Positions 37,628-51,536 of a stretch of 64,000 nt of DNA are shown here, in pieces (within the stretch, counting starts at the first letter, position 1; each line of letters begins with the position of its first letter). Origin of the DNA: Balanoglossus misakiensis (taxonomy: Eukaryota > Animalia > Hemichordata); NCBI GenBank assembly GCA_040954595.2, contig CM082580.2, positions 2,036,783 to 2,100,782 on the forward strand, given 5' to 3'. A program made the position numbers and the translations under genes. The notes below the pieces were generated by a model. That model saw only the letters and a program-made list of their open reading frames with translations, searched no databases and had not been told where the DNA came from.

Positions 37628-38617
37628 ATGACGGAAAGCGCTGATTATGCCTTCGTCGAGTGGTGCGAATCAACCGGTATGTCGAAAGACACCATCAGTA
37701 AATTAACAGATGAAGCGATCACGACAAAATCAACGCTGAAGTGCTTGGACGACAAGGACATTGGCGACATAGGTCTCCCAATCGGCCAACGAAGTATACT
37801 GCGTCACGCCCGGAACCAACTGTTAGCGGCAGACCCTCAGAGCAAAACCACATTTGAGAAGGAAGACATGGCTGAGGCAAAAAATGTCACGACAAAAGTC
37901 CTGGCCAAGCTTAAGGAACTGAACGAGATGCTACAGTCGTTGGGGGACGATACCTTACAAGATCTGATTATCAACCAAAAACCGGCATCTGCAGCCAAGT
38001 GTCAGAAAGGTGAGCAGAAAACCAAACCCCTTCTCATCCCAGACTATGTGACAACGAAGAAAGGTTCCTTCGATTCTACCGATGAAACCGAACTGATAAC
38101 TGAAGGCGATACGAAATTAGTGATGCGCACGGCCACGCAACGCCCTAAGCCCGATCAGGTGACACTAGCGCAATGGGTGTCAGCTAACGCCAGAATCCTC
38201 AAGACATTGATGTCACGTGGTGCTTCGCAGGAGGATGTCTCGGATTACCTTGACCACACAATTAACATTGGCGAATATGTGCAGTCATTCAGTACCCCTT
38301 CTGTGATGACGTACGACCACGAATACAGGAAAAAACAGGCCACGTCTGATACTAAATGGGGCACTGTCGACCTCCATTTGTCTCTATACCATCTAGAAAA
38401 ACGACAGACTTCCCAAAAGATCAAGGTGTCTGGAAAAGGGCGCACTTTCGACACCAAAGGAAAACAAATCTGTTTTGATTTCCAGAACCAGAGCGGTTGT
38501 AATAGGGCCTCCTGTCGCTACGCGCACGTGTGTATTGAGGAGGGTTGTCAAAAAGACCATCCACAGTACCGCCATAAAGCTGGGACACCCCACAACGCCA
38601 CCAATAATCAGGCCTAG
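37628..38617 (+). CDS. Ngaro ORF1 gag-like protein (SAM-like N-terminus, C-terminal Cys/His finger)
   Basis: Open frame; YDHEYR..W gag motif; ICFDFQ..GC..SC.YAHVC..C..H. Confidence 0.75.
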   Translation: MTESADYAFVEWCESTGMSKDTISKLTDEAITTKSTLKCLDDKDIGDIGLPIGQRSILRHARNQLLAADPQSKTTFEKEDMAEAKNVTTKVLAKLKELNEMLQSLGDDTLQDLIINQKPASAAKCQKGEQKTKPLLIPDYVTTKKGSFDSTDETELITEGDTKLVMRTATQRPKPDQVTLAQWVSANARILKTLMSRGASQEDVSDYLDHTINIGEYVQSFSTPSVMTYDHEYRKKQATSDTKWGTVDLHLSLYHLEKRQTSQKIKVSGKGRTFDTKGKQICFDFQNQSGCNRASCRYAHVCIEEGCQKDHPQYRHKAGTPHNATNNQA

Positions 38618-38741
38618 GACAAAATCTCCAGCCCTCTGACGGATCGTTTAGCAACTTGGGAACACGAACTAGTTTCAGACTTTGACAACGAATTCTTGAT
38701 TAACGGTATTAAACATTACGCCTGGCATTCCACTCACCAAA

Positions 38742-39977
38742 GTGGAAAGGAACAATTACGCATCAGTTAACAAGGCGAGTAACCGTGCGGCAGTTGAGGA
38801 CCAAATCCAGCTGGAAATTGCAAGCGGCAACTATATTTGTGTAGAAACAAAACCGGACATTGTTAGTAGTTTGGGAGCAATCCCCAAAAAAGACTCAAAG
38901 AAAATCAGACTTATACATGACTGCAGTCAGCCCAAAGGACTTGGTGTCAATTCATATGCTACCACTACATCATTCACCTATGAAACTATCGACCACGCGG
39001 TATCATTATGTACACCCAACGCCTTCTTGGCAAAAATTGACCTAAAATCTGCCTACCGGTCAGTGCCGATTAGCCTAGACTCCCAGCGAGCAACGGGACT
39101 CAAATACAAATTCTCAGGAAATACAAATTGGACATACATGGCCGACACAAGGCTCCCTTTTGGTGCCGCCCGGACCTTAAAGCCAACAAGCATCCCAGGC
39201 TACCTCAATGTTGTTCGTTTAATACATGCGGAGGCCGGGGCACCCAACCCACTGGCGGACAACTGGCTCTTGGAAATTGTCAAACGCGGCATCGCTCGCA
39301 CTCATGGAGTACCCCTAAAGCAGAAGTTACCAATTACACCACGTATTCTGGAAGATGTTCATGCTCGGCTTGATCTCACCATCCCATTTAACGCGACATT
39401 TTGGTGTGCCTGCTTGATCGCCTTCTTCACATTTGCCAGAAAGAGTACTCTGCTCAACGCAACAGATAGACTGCCTGCTACAGACAAGTACTTGCGCAGA
39501 GATGACTTTGTAATTTGTGATTTTGGTGCAAAGCTGACAATTAGACACACAAAAACTATTCAGTACGGCCAGCGTGTTTTAACGCTGCCACTCAGTAATG
39601 TTCCAAATTCTTGCCTTTGCCCTATCGCGGCCTACCAAAATATGGTTAGCCTTTCTCCAGTTCATTCCAGGTCAGCTCACTTGTTTTCTTATGCTGCTTC
39701 CGTGGGTAAACAGGCCCCCCTGTTGCATACCCTAACCCACTCCAAATTTACAAAGACACTTAAATTAGTGTTAAATGATTGCGGTTTCAAACCTGCCGAT
39801 TACTCTGGTCATTCCTTCCGCAGAGGAGGAGCCACATTTGCCTTTAACCTGGGTATCCCTCCAGTCCTGATCAAATTGCAGGGCGACTGGAGCTCCAATG
39901 CGTACGAACGTTATACAGTTGCTAACGAAGCCACTAAGCTTAAATTTGCCAAATCCATTGCCCTAGCTATTGCTTAG
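38742..39977 (+). pseudogene. Truncated reverse transcriptase fused in frame to tyrosine recombinase
   Basis: IPKK..IRLIHD, KIDLKSAYR and LPFG, then no YxDD or RNase H; YR motifs FARKS, KTIQ, HSFRRGGAT and GDWSSNAYERY. Confidence 0.85.
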
Positions 39978-42900
39978 TTAATGATGAGGGCTGGTAGTCC
40001 TGGTGTTTGGGGGTTTGGCGTATTTGGCTGTGTAGCCTGTCAATTTGTCATTAAAGGCAGTTGACCTTTGACCCCCAAACCCAGGATTGTCTTCGTGATT
40101 ATTGATAGTAGTTAAGCATACATTTAAGTGGACAATAACACTGTTTTATTGCAATTTAAATGGGCGGGTACGAGGTGGCTCTCCCCTAGTCCTGGTACGA
40201 GGCTGTGGCAGTCGCCATCTTGCTTAGCATAGCCACGCTTGTTCAACGCAAAAAACCACCCACCAACCCTATTTGCTGCTTCTTGTTTGTTCTTCACTGT
40301 TTCTTGTTCAGTATTGATTGTTGTATTTCAAGTTTGGCGTATTTGGCTGTGTAGCCTGTCAATTTGTCATTAAAGGCAGTTGACCTTTGACCCCCAAACC
40401 CAGGATTGTCTTCGTGATTATTGATAGTAGTTAAGCATACATTTAACTAGTAATTTTCTTTATGGAGGGATCGTGTTTGACTGCATAGTACAGATCGACG
40501 ATCGGCCCGGGTTACATCAGGCCCGGTACCCTTACCGTGCATGACAATGTTACGCACGACATACTGGCAGGCTGTCTGGTATGTTTGAAGTATACTTTCG
40601 CCCAGTGCAGTGTAGAGCTAGAGCTTGTATAGTTTAGAGCCAAATTTGATGTAGATTGTCAGTTTGTAACGAAAGGATTAGATAATGGGCCGTTGATGTA
40701 GTACAATGTATACAGCAGCTACATATTTACAACATTGTATGTATGCAGGTCATGTTGGGTCATCAAGTTTGAATAGATTCGTGTACTTGAATAACTAACT
40801 AAAACAATCAACATTTTGTTTCAATCCCGAAAGAATTTAGAATATATTTAAGTCTCAAAAACTTGTAAACTTCATTGACATACCATTCATCTATTTTTTT
40901 TTCCTTTTTTCTATTAAATGTAAACATTGGGGAAATGGAGTTATTTCTTTCATTAATTGATTTTGTTTTGGTAAAGTGCAGTACTTTACTCAAGCTAGAG
41001 CAGTATTAACATTCTTTTAAATATTTTTCGTATCATAGAGTGCATTTATACATCGGTCATGGATGGGACAAGCAGTACTTGGTTGATCCTGATGGAACTG
41101 GTAATCATGGTGCAGGGTGCCAAGTTCAAGTGTCTGTCAACACTGTGGAGTCAATGCTGACATATCCTCCAGCAGGAGGATGGACAAGGAACATAAGTAA
41201 TCTGCCCGATTTAACTGATAGCACCATTTTCGATTATTTCATCACAAAGTGCGACAACTGCCACAGTACTGCTCTAAAACACATGGATAGTGGTTGGAAC
41301 TTTTACAAAAGTAACCATGTCAAGAACATTTTAATTCATGATCGCGAGCATCAGTCAGTGTTATTTATTAAATCAATGGTTGTCAAGTCATATTCCAAGG
41401 CTGTTGATCCAGTACCCCTCAAAAAACAGTACTCCACCCTAGTTCTCCTCGATCAGAACACAGGTAAAATACTTGGAGGTAAATGTGTATGTAAAGCGGG
41501 TGCTGGTGGATACTGCAAACACATAGTTGCCACAATTTTTGCCATAATGGATTTTCATAGATGTGGACTGAAGGAGGTACCAGATACAGCTGCATGCACT
41601 GAGAAATTACAAGTTCATCACCATCCCAGCGTTTATGGAAACACAGCTGTCAAGTTTGACTCAATTGACTGGATTAAGTATGACTATGAACGTGACTGTA
41701 ATTCAGATAAAGTATATCGTCCTCAAAAAAGAAAAAGTGAATATAATGCATGTCCAACAAAAGATAAAATTGTTACAAAAGAAAAGGTAACACAACTTGC
41801 TGACTTCCTGAGTGCTTGTGGTCAGTCTACTCAACTTGTTGAGCTACTGTATTCTAATGGTTGTGAGCCTGCTATTAACAACACTGTACCATGTCAAGTT
41901 ACTGAAGCTTTACGAAATAATGTAGACGTAACTTCTGATGAGTTTTGCAATGTACAACCCAGTGAGAGCAGTCATACTGGAAAACTTGTTTACAATATTA
42001 ATGAGGATATATATGATTTTTATGAATCTAAGGTTAATGTTAAGAGTGTTGCAGAATCAAGCAGAATAGAGATGTCCACTCAGGGCCAATACAGAAATCC
42101 AAATTGGTACTAACAACGTGAATTGAGAATCACGGCGAGCAAATTTAAAGATGTTGTCTGCAGGCAAAAGTACCCCCCTGACACTTTGGTTGAAAACATT
42201 ATTTCACCAAAGAAATTTTCAAATAAGCACACCAAATGGGGCATTCAAAGTGAACACATTGCTGTAGCACAGTATATCCAAGATCTGGAAAGAAAGGGCT
42301 ACTCAGTTACATCAAGAGACATTGGTTTAGTTGTCAACCCAAGTTTTCCTTTCTTAGGTGCTTCCTTGGATAAATTTGTTGCTATTAAGTTGGGTGTTGA
42401 TACCAGTGCTCAATATGGCTGTGTAGAGGTTAAATCTCTCTCAAAATATGCAAAGCATACACCAGTGGAAGCTTCCGAAATGCCTGATACTTGTTTTCAT
42501 TTTGTAGATAGTAAGCTTAGATTACAAAGAAATCACAGATATTATTACCAAATACAAGGGCAGTTGTTTGTTTGAGGGCTTGAGTGGTGTGATTTAGTTG
42601 TTTGGTCACCGAGTGGTTTTGCTGTTGAGAGAATTTTTAAAGATAAACTTTTGTGGAGCAAAATGTTACCAGCCCTGAGGGAATTTTATTTTACCTATGT
42701 TTTGCCAGAATTGACCAGAAGGGACTCCAGCAAATAAATATTGAAAAGTGGCACATTCACTATCTGTCATAGTCTGCTATCAATTTTGAACATGTTCTAC
42801 CAGCTGAATTGAGTATTCCTCTGCAGGTGACAAAAACAATATGCTCAACAAATGTCTGGCAACCAGTGTAATTTAATGTAAATATTTTGAGTGTTAAGTA

Positions 42901-43198
42901 AAACTTTTTATAACATAAATATACATTAACACAGTAATATATTCATCCTATATTTTAATTACAATAAATTTATATTAATATAATTTTTACATTTGTAATA
43001 TATAATTTTTAAAATTGCATTAATTGTACATTTAAATATACATGTATGTAAAAATATACACAATATAAATTAAGGAATAAATATTTCATCATATACATAT
43101 CTAAATTTGTTGTACTGTACATATTTATCTCTTATAGGCAAATTTGAATGCAGATGTAAATATAACCCCATTACTATGAAGTGAAGAATGCTGAAAAT

Positions 43199-45485
43199 TT
43201 ATCCTTTTCCGTCATCATTCAATGGAGGAAGAAAATTAGTCAGATGACAGCACACATGCCATATCTCATTTAACTGTCTGCACAGAGTTATGGGGATAGT
43301 CATTTGTAAAATTCTGAAACTCTTAACTCTCTCAATGGCCCTCTCTACATGAATTCTAAGGCGAGCAATCCGACGAGTTTCGGTGTCCTGTGGTAGTGTC
43401 ATCTGACTACTTCCTCTCAGAAAAGGGGGATGGTTTACTCTTACTCCTATAGAGTCAAATACATCCTGTACTTCAAAGCCTTTATCAGCCATGATGTGTG
43501 CATTAGACAGAGAAGCAAACTTGTCAACCATACCACATTTCTTGGTTAGCTCTTTATCGGTCACAGAACCAGCATACAGATCAGAAATGAAAGCCACTGG
43601 CCCATGTGGTAAAATTCCCACAAGACCCTTAGCAGTATGGTTGTTTTTGTATTTAGAGAAAGTGATACTCTGTATGGCTAAACTGCTTGGGTGCTCAATG
43701 AAGATTTCCGTACAATCCACAATAAGAAATGTATCCTCATATCCAAGAGAAGTGAAGACACGGGGGAGTTTTGAACGGACAAGATTTGTAGAGGGCCAAA
43801 GAGGAAGTTGAGAAAATGTATTAAACATAATATTGATCCAAGTTGAAAATACTATGCTAACTGTTGACTCAGAAATATGGAATCTATGGGCCAGATCTTT
43901 TTCCAAGTAGCCCTGACGCAGTTTGTTAAAAGTGAGAAAGAGTTCATCTGCAAGTGCCAAACTTCTCTCTTTACCCCTTGGTGTAACATAAGAATTACCC
44001 TTGTATGTAGACCCCCAATAATTAAATTTCCCATCACAACTTAAAAAATCAAAAATAGCAAGGAAACAAAAATAATCTGGTAATCCAGTATAAAACCTAA
44101 AATCATCATTACTACACATAAATCGCCTCAAACCAAAATGCTCCATTTCTAGCTGCTGTTCAAGCTTCTTGTTCTTTTCTTTTTCTTCCTCCAGTTGTCT
44201 TTGTAAAGTTGCCAATTTGTCTGGAGATCTGGATTTAGTCACAGGAACAGTCTGAATATAATAAAATTAATCTTATTAGAAAAAAAAATGTGAACTGTAG
44301 TGTAGATGTCATAGTTCTTGCCTGATTCTTGAAATTTTCATAAATTTTGTATATTTGACATCGTTATTTTTACTTCCGGTTTACAAAGCTCTAAAAAGTT
44401 TAGGGTCGGCGGGCTAAAATTAGGGTAGGTCTGGTAATCGGAACAGCACATATTTTTTTATTTGGCCTAATGAAAGTAATTTTTTAGTAAATAGCATGTA
44501 AATATGATTCTTGATTACATCAAAATCTTGACACAGTAACTGGTGCACTTACCCCGTGTGGTTCTGAAGCCTGTTTAGATTGCAACTGTGCTAGTTTTAC
44601 AGACAATTTTGGAGATTTCTCCTTTTGCTGGAACTCCACCTATTACAAAGATAATGGGCAATCAATATATGGCAACTGAATATAGCATGGCTGACTAAAA
44701 ATATAATCAATATGCGGTTGGATACAATGTACTTGTACTAGTAACATATCAATGGGACATTATTTCAATGGGGGATTCCCTTTGGACATTATTTCAATGG
44801 GGATTCCCTTTAGGTAATCCCCCAAATACATTGTAGCTAATGGATACATTGTACTCAACTAGGTATTCCCATCACGGTTTCCCCAGCACGTTCGCATACG
44901 CACATAAACCGGTAGCCAAGATATGGGCTCGATCAACTTGCAAAAGTTTTATACATGTGCGCGGCGAGGTTTGACCAGAAAAAAATGGCACGGCTAAAAA
45001 ATAAATTCTTTAAAATACGGTGTAAACCTTACCTTGTTATCTTCTGAACATACGTTTACTTTCTGTACGTTTACTTTCACTTCCGCTAATTTCTCCGACA
45101 GCGACATACCCCCGACCCGGCTACCATTACCAATGTTGTTGTTGTTGTTTGTAGAAAGAGGACGTCGCGTCTCTCGCCTCAATCTACACCGACTAGTTTG
45201 GACATTGTTTGGCCACGAAACACTACCATCACCGCACTTTTTGGGGAAAATCGTTGGAATATTGCGGAGTTTTGTTTTTACACCGCCCTGGAAGTGACGA
45301 CTGCATATACATACATCGTTCAAATCGCTTTGTTTTTTCACGTCAGACCTCGCCAATAATATTCTTCTTTTCCATATTGTTTGCACATGCTTGGGTTGAT
45401 GTTTTAGATTAAAGAATCGTACGCCTTTTGATCGCTGGTAGGACTTCTCTGGAAAATGTGCTATTGCACACACGTAACGTCCCAT
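43199..45485 (-). CDS. THAP + HTH + DDE_Tnp_4 transposase, 530 aa; exons 45485-45033, 44639-44553, 44251-43199
   Basis: THAP (C..ICSRHF..IPTIF); FYTGLP, IVDCTE, MADKGF and RIHVERAI; GT-AG introns, all phase 0; no stops. Confidence 0.88.
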
Positions 45486-47474
45486 ATTTGCATCTCAAAA
45501 CAATGGCGACCCTCGATGACCTTAGTAACCTGTACCCCTGAGGACAACAATACATTGCGGCTATGACGTCATCGCCATATTTATGCAAGTCGGCCATTAG
45601 CAATGCACCTAATAAACAAATACCTTCAAAAATTCCATTTGTTCTTTCACATCAAATGCCAAAAAATGAGGTTGTAGTATGCTCTATTTGTTAAACTGTG
45701 TGCGACTTGATGAAGTTCAAGAACAAATACAACATTACTATTGGAAACCATGACCAATCCATACCATGAAATGTTAATGCTGTTACTGGTGTGGATACTA
45801 AGATACGCTTAGTACTTCAAAGGTCAACTGAGGGTACCCACAATTTTGGCCAACAATTTGGATTTCTATTTGGTTCACATTCAAGACAATGGACAATCCT
45901 CGCCCTTAGGGTTTCTCAAATTAGGTATGGCCATTATAATACGTTACGCAAGTAATTAAGTTACAGGTGGCCCCAGAAATGTGTACATGTTCTCATGACC
46001 GTCCTAATGTACCCCTCCATACACCTGGCTATATATGCTGTGCATGCTGACATATGGAAAGCAGGTCAATGGACACCTGAGGTCACCCAAATATTTGACA
46101 GGAAATTTTCATTCCTGTTTATGTCATGTGCAACAAATCCTACATTTCCAGCCGTTTCAAATTGCCTACCATTAGGCATTAAAGCACATAATACATGAAT
46201 CAAGCAGGTGTCACAGGTATCCCCCTGTATTTGGCATTTCATGATAGTTTCATCCATCCAAATACCAAAGCTGTACAAGGTGCTGAGATATGGCACTGTA
46301 CAACAGTGGTCATCCACACCACCTTATACATTTGGGCTAAAACAAACTAACACTTACATTCGTCCCTGTGGAACAAAAACCACACCTAATCGCCATGTTG
46401 GTTTTGGTGGTCCTATCTGTATATGCCCCCCCCCCCCCCGGAAAAAAAATGTGGATGCTCAGTAAGCAAAAGTAGGTAAAGGTCCAAAGGTCGTCCACAA
46501 CTTGACGGGAAAATCGCACTTCATATTGATCCATGTGCAACAAATACCACGCTAGCATCCCTTTCATTGACCCCACAATAACGCATGCACATCATTATTG
46601 AGTTACGCAGGACTCACAGGTGACCCCCGAATCGAGCGTATTATTTTGGTCCCATACAGCTGCATGTAGCTGCGTGCCGCTACGGGGGACCTGATAACCC
46701 CCACGGCCATCTGCGGGCCGACCCCCATACTGTATGTCCAGTTGCAAGAACACGACTAAAGTAGGAACTTCTGAACGTCCAAAAAGCCTGATCTCTGGAA
46801 ATTACTGGTCTGCTTACGTAATTTGGCCGATTTCGCGAACAAATACCCACTACATGATAATCATACCTCCCACAACATTAGCGACTGAGGGTCAAACACC
46901 GCTGTCGCATTACATTACTGGGTCTGGATAAAAACATTTGAACGGCTACAGCTAACAAACTCAGCGTAATTCAATAAAACGCCCTAACACAGTCTGAACT
47001 CTGATAATGTTTTGTCCCAAAATTCATTCCGTAGAAAATAATCACCGGTCTGTTTACGTGATTCAGCCGATTTTTCAAGGCCTATACTGCAACCCGCCTG
47101 CTAATGAGATCTCCACAACATTACATAATGACGGTCAAAGTCCGATGCCCTAGTGTTCGTCCTCAGCCCACCAAAAACTGCGAAAAATATTACAAAAATC
47201 TTCTTCTCAAAATCGACGTGGTCTAGGACCTTGAAATTTGACACAGGTGATTTTGGTCATATGGTATACAAAGTTCGACAAAAGAATGAAATTGCCGCCA
47301 TTAACGTGCAAATTAGGTCAATTTGAAAATTTCCCTCGATTATAGCCACTAAGTCACCTGACTAATTACAAATTCAAAGGGCAGGTGCACAAGTACTCAT
47401 GGGCCCCAATCACCGTGCCAAGTTTCACAGAGATACGTCCAGGGATTTTTGAGAAAAACGGGAGCGAAAGAAGA

Positions 47475-50400
47475 ATTAAAGCTGCAAGCAGCATTGTCCG
47501 GACCCAAGCTCTATTATCTGATATGATTATTAGATATGCACATAATTAATGAGTAGAAACATAATGCTGTGTTTTATCCCATGAAATATCAAGGTTATAT
47601 CTATGTTTGGTGCTGATATAGTGTTAAGTAGGTCAAAGGTCTCCCAGAGGTCACCCACAATTTGGGCAGAATATTTTACCCATAGTGGTCCATGTCCAAC
47701 AAAAACCAGACCTCTAGCCCTTTTGGTTAGCCCGGAATTAGTTAAGCAGGAGTCACTGGTGACCCAAAACTTTGGCTTTTCATTATGGCCCCATATCTCC
47801 AAATGCCAAGGCTGTACCTGCATTGGATGCCGAGATATGCAAAAGTAGGTCAAAGGTCATCGGAGGTCACCAAAAATTTGGGCAGAAAATTTTGACCAAT
47901 AGTGGTCCATGTCCAACAAAAAACAGACCTCTAGCCCTTTTGGTTAGCCCGGAATTAGGTATGCACATAAATAATGAGTTAAGCAGGTGCTTTTCATTAT
48001 GGCCCCATACCTCCAAACGCCAAGGCTGTATCTGCTGTGGATGTCCAGATATGGAAAAAAAGGTCAAAGGTCACCCGAGGTCACCCAACATTTGGGCAAC
48101 AAATTTTTACCCAATACTGGTCCATGTCCAACAAAAACCAAACCTCTAGGTCTATTGGTTCATCTGTAATTAGGTATGCGCATATTTAATGAGGTCAGCA
48201 GAGGTCAAAGGGGTCATGAAAAGTAGCGAAATTTTTTGATCACATACAAATCCACATACATCAAAAACCAAAATGATAGCCCTATAGGTTAGGAATTAGA
48301 TATGCAGAAAAAACGATGTGTCAAAAGTAGGTCAAAGGTCATTGCCAAAATTACCAAAATATTTGGGGTAGGTCCTGGCAGGGGTGATACCAATGTGCAC
48401 AAAAATCAGAACTCTAGTACATTTAGAACACGTAGAACACATAGTATGAGCTATATACGCATATATGCAGGTTCTTAAAAAAGTAGGTCAAAGGTCATGT
48501 GAAAATTGCCAAAATATTTGCAACATATTCTAGTCATATGACGACTCATATCCATAAAAAGAATTTGTATGCTATCTATTTTTAGACTAGAAAAATGATT
48601 TCTTAATTTTCACAGGTTTTTACAAAATCCAATATGGCCGCCATAATCTTCGACCAATCACAACGGTCTTCGCAAACTTGATAGACATCAGTTAGGTGAT
48701 GTCATACCCTAAATCCCATGACTCGGTTATTGCCGGTTCTGGAGAAGAAGATTGTTGAAGATTTTACTGTACTTTTTCGAAAATCCAATATGGCGGCCAA
48801 AGTCACGTGACCGCTCAGGATTGTATTGTCAAACTTTGAAGAGCAGAGGACATGTGTACCATACACCAAATTTGAACTTGATTGGCCCTGTGGTTTTTGA
48901 GAAGAAGCCATTTAAAGATTTTCAGAAAATCCGATATGGCCGCCAGGTCACGTGACTAATTAAATATTCACAAGCCACTGCACATCTACTCATTGACCTT
49001 GACCACTGTAGCAAGTTTGAGAAGTGTACCTGTAGCCGTTTCAGAGATCTAGGAGAGCAAAGAATTGACATAAGAATAAAGAAAGAAAGAATTAAAGCTG
49101 CAAGCAGCATTGTCCGGGCCCAAGCTCTATTATCTGATCTGATTATTAGATATGCACATAATTAATGAGTAGAAACATAATGCTGTGTTTTATCCCATGA
49201 AATATCAAGGTTATATCTTTGTTTGGTGTTGATATAGTGTAAAGTAGGTCAAAGGTCACCCAGAGGTCACCCACAATTTGGGCAGAAAATTTTGACCCAT
49301 AGTGGTCCATGTCCAACAAAAACCAGACCTCTAGCCCTTTTGGTTAGCCCGGAATTACGTATGCACATAAATAATGAGTAAAGCAGGTGTCACAGGTGAC
49401 CCAAAACTTTTGCTTTTCATTATGGCCCCATACCTCCAAACGCCAAGGCTGTATCTGCTGTGGATGTCGAGATATGCAAAAGTAGGTCAAAGGTCATCTG
49501 AGGTCACCCAAAATTTGGGCAGAAAATTTTGACCCATAGTGGTCCATGTCCAACAAAAACCAGACCTCTAGCCCTTTTGGTTAGCCCGGAATTAGTTATG
49601 CACATAAATAATGCGTAAAGCAGGTGTCACAGGTGACCCAAAACTTTGGCTTTTCATTATGGCCCCATACCTCCAAATGCCAAGGCTGTACCTGCTTTGG
49701 ATGCCGATATATGCAAAAGTAGGTCAAAGGTCATCTGAGGTCATCCAAAATTTGGGCAGAAAATTTTGACCCATAGTGGTCCATGTCCAACAAAAACCAG
49801 ACATCTAGCCCTTTTGGTTAGCCCGGAATTTGGTATGCACATAAATAATGAGTAAAGCAGGTGTCACAGGTGACCCAAAACTTTGGCTTTTCATTATGGC
49901 CCCATACCTCCAAACGCCAAGGCTGTATCTGGTGTGGATGTCGAGATATGCAAAAGTAGGTCAAAGGTCACCCGAGGTCACCCAACATTTGGACAGAAAA
50001 TTTTGACCAATAGTGGTCCATGTCCAACAAAAACCAGACCTCTAGCCATTTTGGTTAGCCCGGAATTAGGTATGCACATAAATAATGAGTAAAGCAGGTG
50101 TCACAGGTGACCCAAAACTTTGGCTTTTCATTATGGCCCCATACCTCCAAACGCCAAGGCTGTATCTGGTGTGGATGTCGAGATATGCAAAAGTAGGTCA
50201 AAGGTCACCCGAGGTCTCCCAACATTTGGGCAGAAAATTTTGACCAATAGTGGTCCATGTCCAACAAAAACCAGACCTCTAGCCATTTTCGTTAGCCCGG
50301 AATTAGGTATGCACATAAATAATGAGTAAAGCAGGTGTCACAGGTGACTCAAAACTTTGGCTTTTCATTATGGCCCCATACCTCCAAACGCCAAGGCTGT

Positions 50401-51450
50401 ATCTGGTGTGGATGTCGAGATATGCAAAAGTAGGTCAAAGGTCACCCGAGGTCACCCAACATTTGGGCAAAATATTTTGACCCCATACTGGTCCATGTAT
50501 AACAAAAACAAAACCTCTAGGTCTATTGGTTCATCTGTAATTAGGTATATGCATATTTAATGAGGTCAGCAGAGGTCAAAGGTTTCATGAAAAGTAGCAA
50601 AATTTTTTGATCACATACAAATCCACATACATCAAAAACCAAACTTATAGCCCTTTTGGTTAGCCTGGAATTAGATATGCAGAAAAATGATGCGTCAAAA
50701 GTAGGTCAAAGGTCATTGCCAAAATTACCAAAATATTTATAGGTTATTCTTGTCATATGATGATTCATATCCATAAAAAGAATTTCTGTGCTATCAATTT
50801 TTAGGCTAGAAAAGGAATTTTTACTTTTTAATCGTTTTTCACAAAATCCAATATGGCCGCCATAATCTTCGACCAATCACATTCCCCTTCGCAAACTTGA
50901 TAGACATCTGTTTAATGACCAAACACACTAAATCTTGTGACTCGGTTATCGCCCGTTCTGGAGGAGAAGATTTTTGAAGTTTTACTATGGTTTTTCGAAA
51001 ATCCAATATGGCCGCCATAATCTTCGACCAATCACAATGATCTTCGCAAACTTGATAGACATCAGTTAGGTGACCACATACCCCAAACGGCGTGACTCGG
51101 TTATCGCCGGTTCTGGAGAAGAAGATTTTTGAAATTTTGACCAGATTTCAGAAAAACAACTGTAGCAAAAAAACTGCAACATTGACAGCAAAATATCCAA
51201 TTACAAAAATGATGGGCAGAGGGTATACTACCAGCACGCCAAATCTGAACTCGATCTGACTTGTAGTTTCTGAGATCTGAGATTTGCATTTTTTCAGAAA
51301 ATCCAATATGGCCGCCATGTCACGTGACTAATTAAGTATTCACAAGTCACTGCACATCTACTCATTGACCTTGACCACTGTAGCAAGTTTGAGAACTGTA
51401 CCTGCAGCGGTGTCTGAGATCTAGAGCGCGAAAGAAGTGAACCAAGAATA

Positions 51451-51482
<32 letters not shown>

Positions 51483-51536
51483 AAAACCCCAACGAAACCA
51501 ATACGGGCCCAAGCCTGGCTTGGCTTGGGCCCGTAA
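47475..51536 (+). mobile_element. Two tandem HINE-like non-autonomous Helentrons (starts ~47475 and ~49091)
   Basis: Both start attaaagctgcaagcagcattgtccgg(a/g)cccaagc and share their body; (gaaa)n and a 3' hairpin at 51502-51535. Confidence 0.8.
49240..50520. repeat. 237-bp satellite-like tandem array (related units at 47625-48180 and 51575-52870)
   Basis: aagtaggtcaaaggtca recurs every ~237 bp; near-identical ORF-track peptides at 49883, 50120 and 50357. Confidence 0.95.

Larger units (their letters stand above)
37480..40446 (+). mobile_element. Ngaro-type tyrosine-recombinase retrotransposon (DIRS order), internally deleted
   Basis: Split direct repeats A1 37480-37610, B1 40013-40127, A2 40127-40256, B2 40332-40446; gag, RT and YR coding; lies in the YqaJ intron. 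Confidence 0.9.
37143..42737 (+). pseudogene. SAP-SWIM-YqaJ (lambda-exonuclease-like) accessory gene of ISL2EU; exon 1 37143-37276, exon 2 41039-42737
   Basis: Exon 1 'LTITELKRWLRCRKGASLRGNKRELVER' (SAP) with a phase-compatible splice; CxCKAG..CKH (SWIM); RITASKF, FLGASLD, VEVK and YYYQIQGQ; in-frame stops at 42111 and 42573. Confidence 0.85.
37035..45595. mobile_element. ISL2EU (PIF/Harbinger-related) DNA transposon
   Basis: ~65-bp imperfect TIRs GGCCGACTTGCATA..; AT TSD; convergent YqaJ gene and THAP-DDE transposase gene. Confidence 0.9.

Noticed and set aside
38742-42575. Prophage (tyrosine integrase plus lambda-type exonuclease)
   Set aside because: The YR belongs to an Ngaro element with split repeats, and YqaJ to a spliced ISL2EU gene; no phage structural genes.
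49883-50560. Repeated 'MAFHYGPIPP..' ORFs
   Set aside because: Translations of the 237-bp satellite unit; no coding signature.
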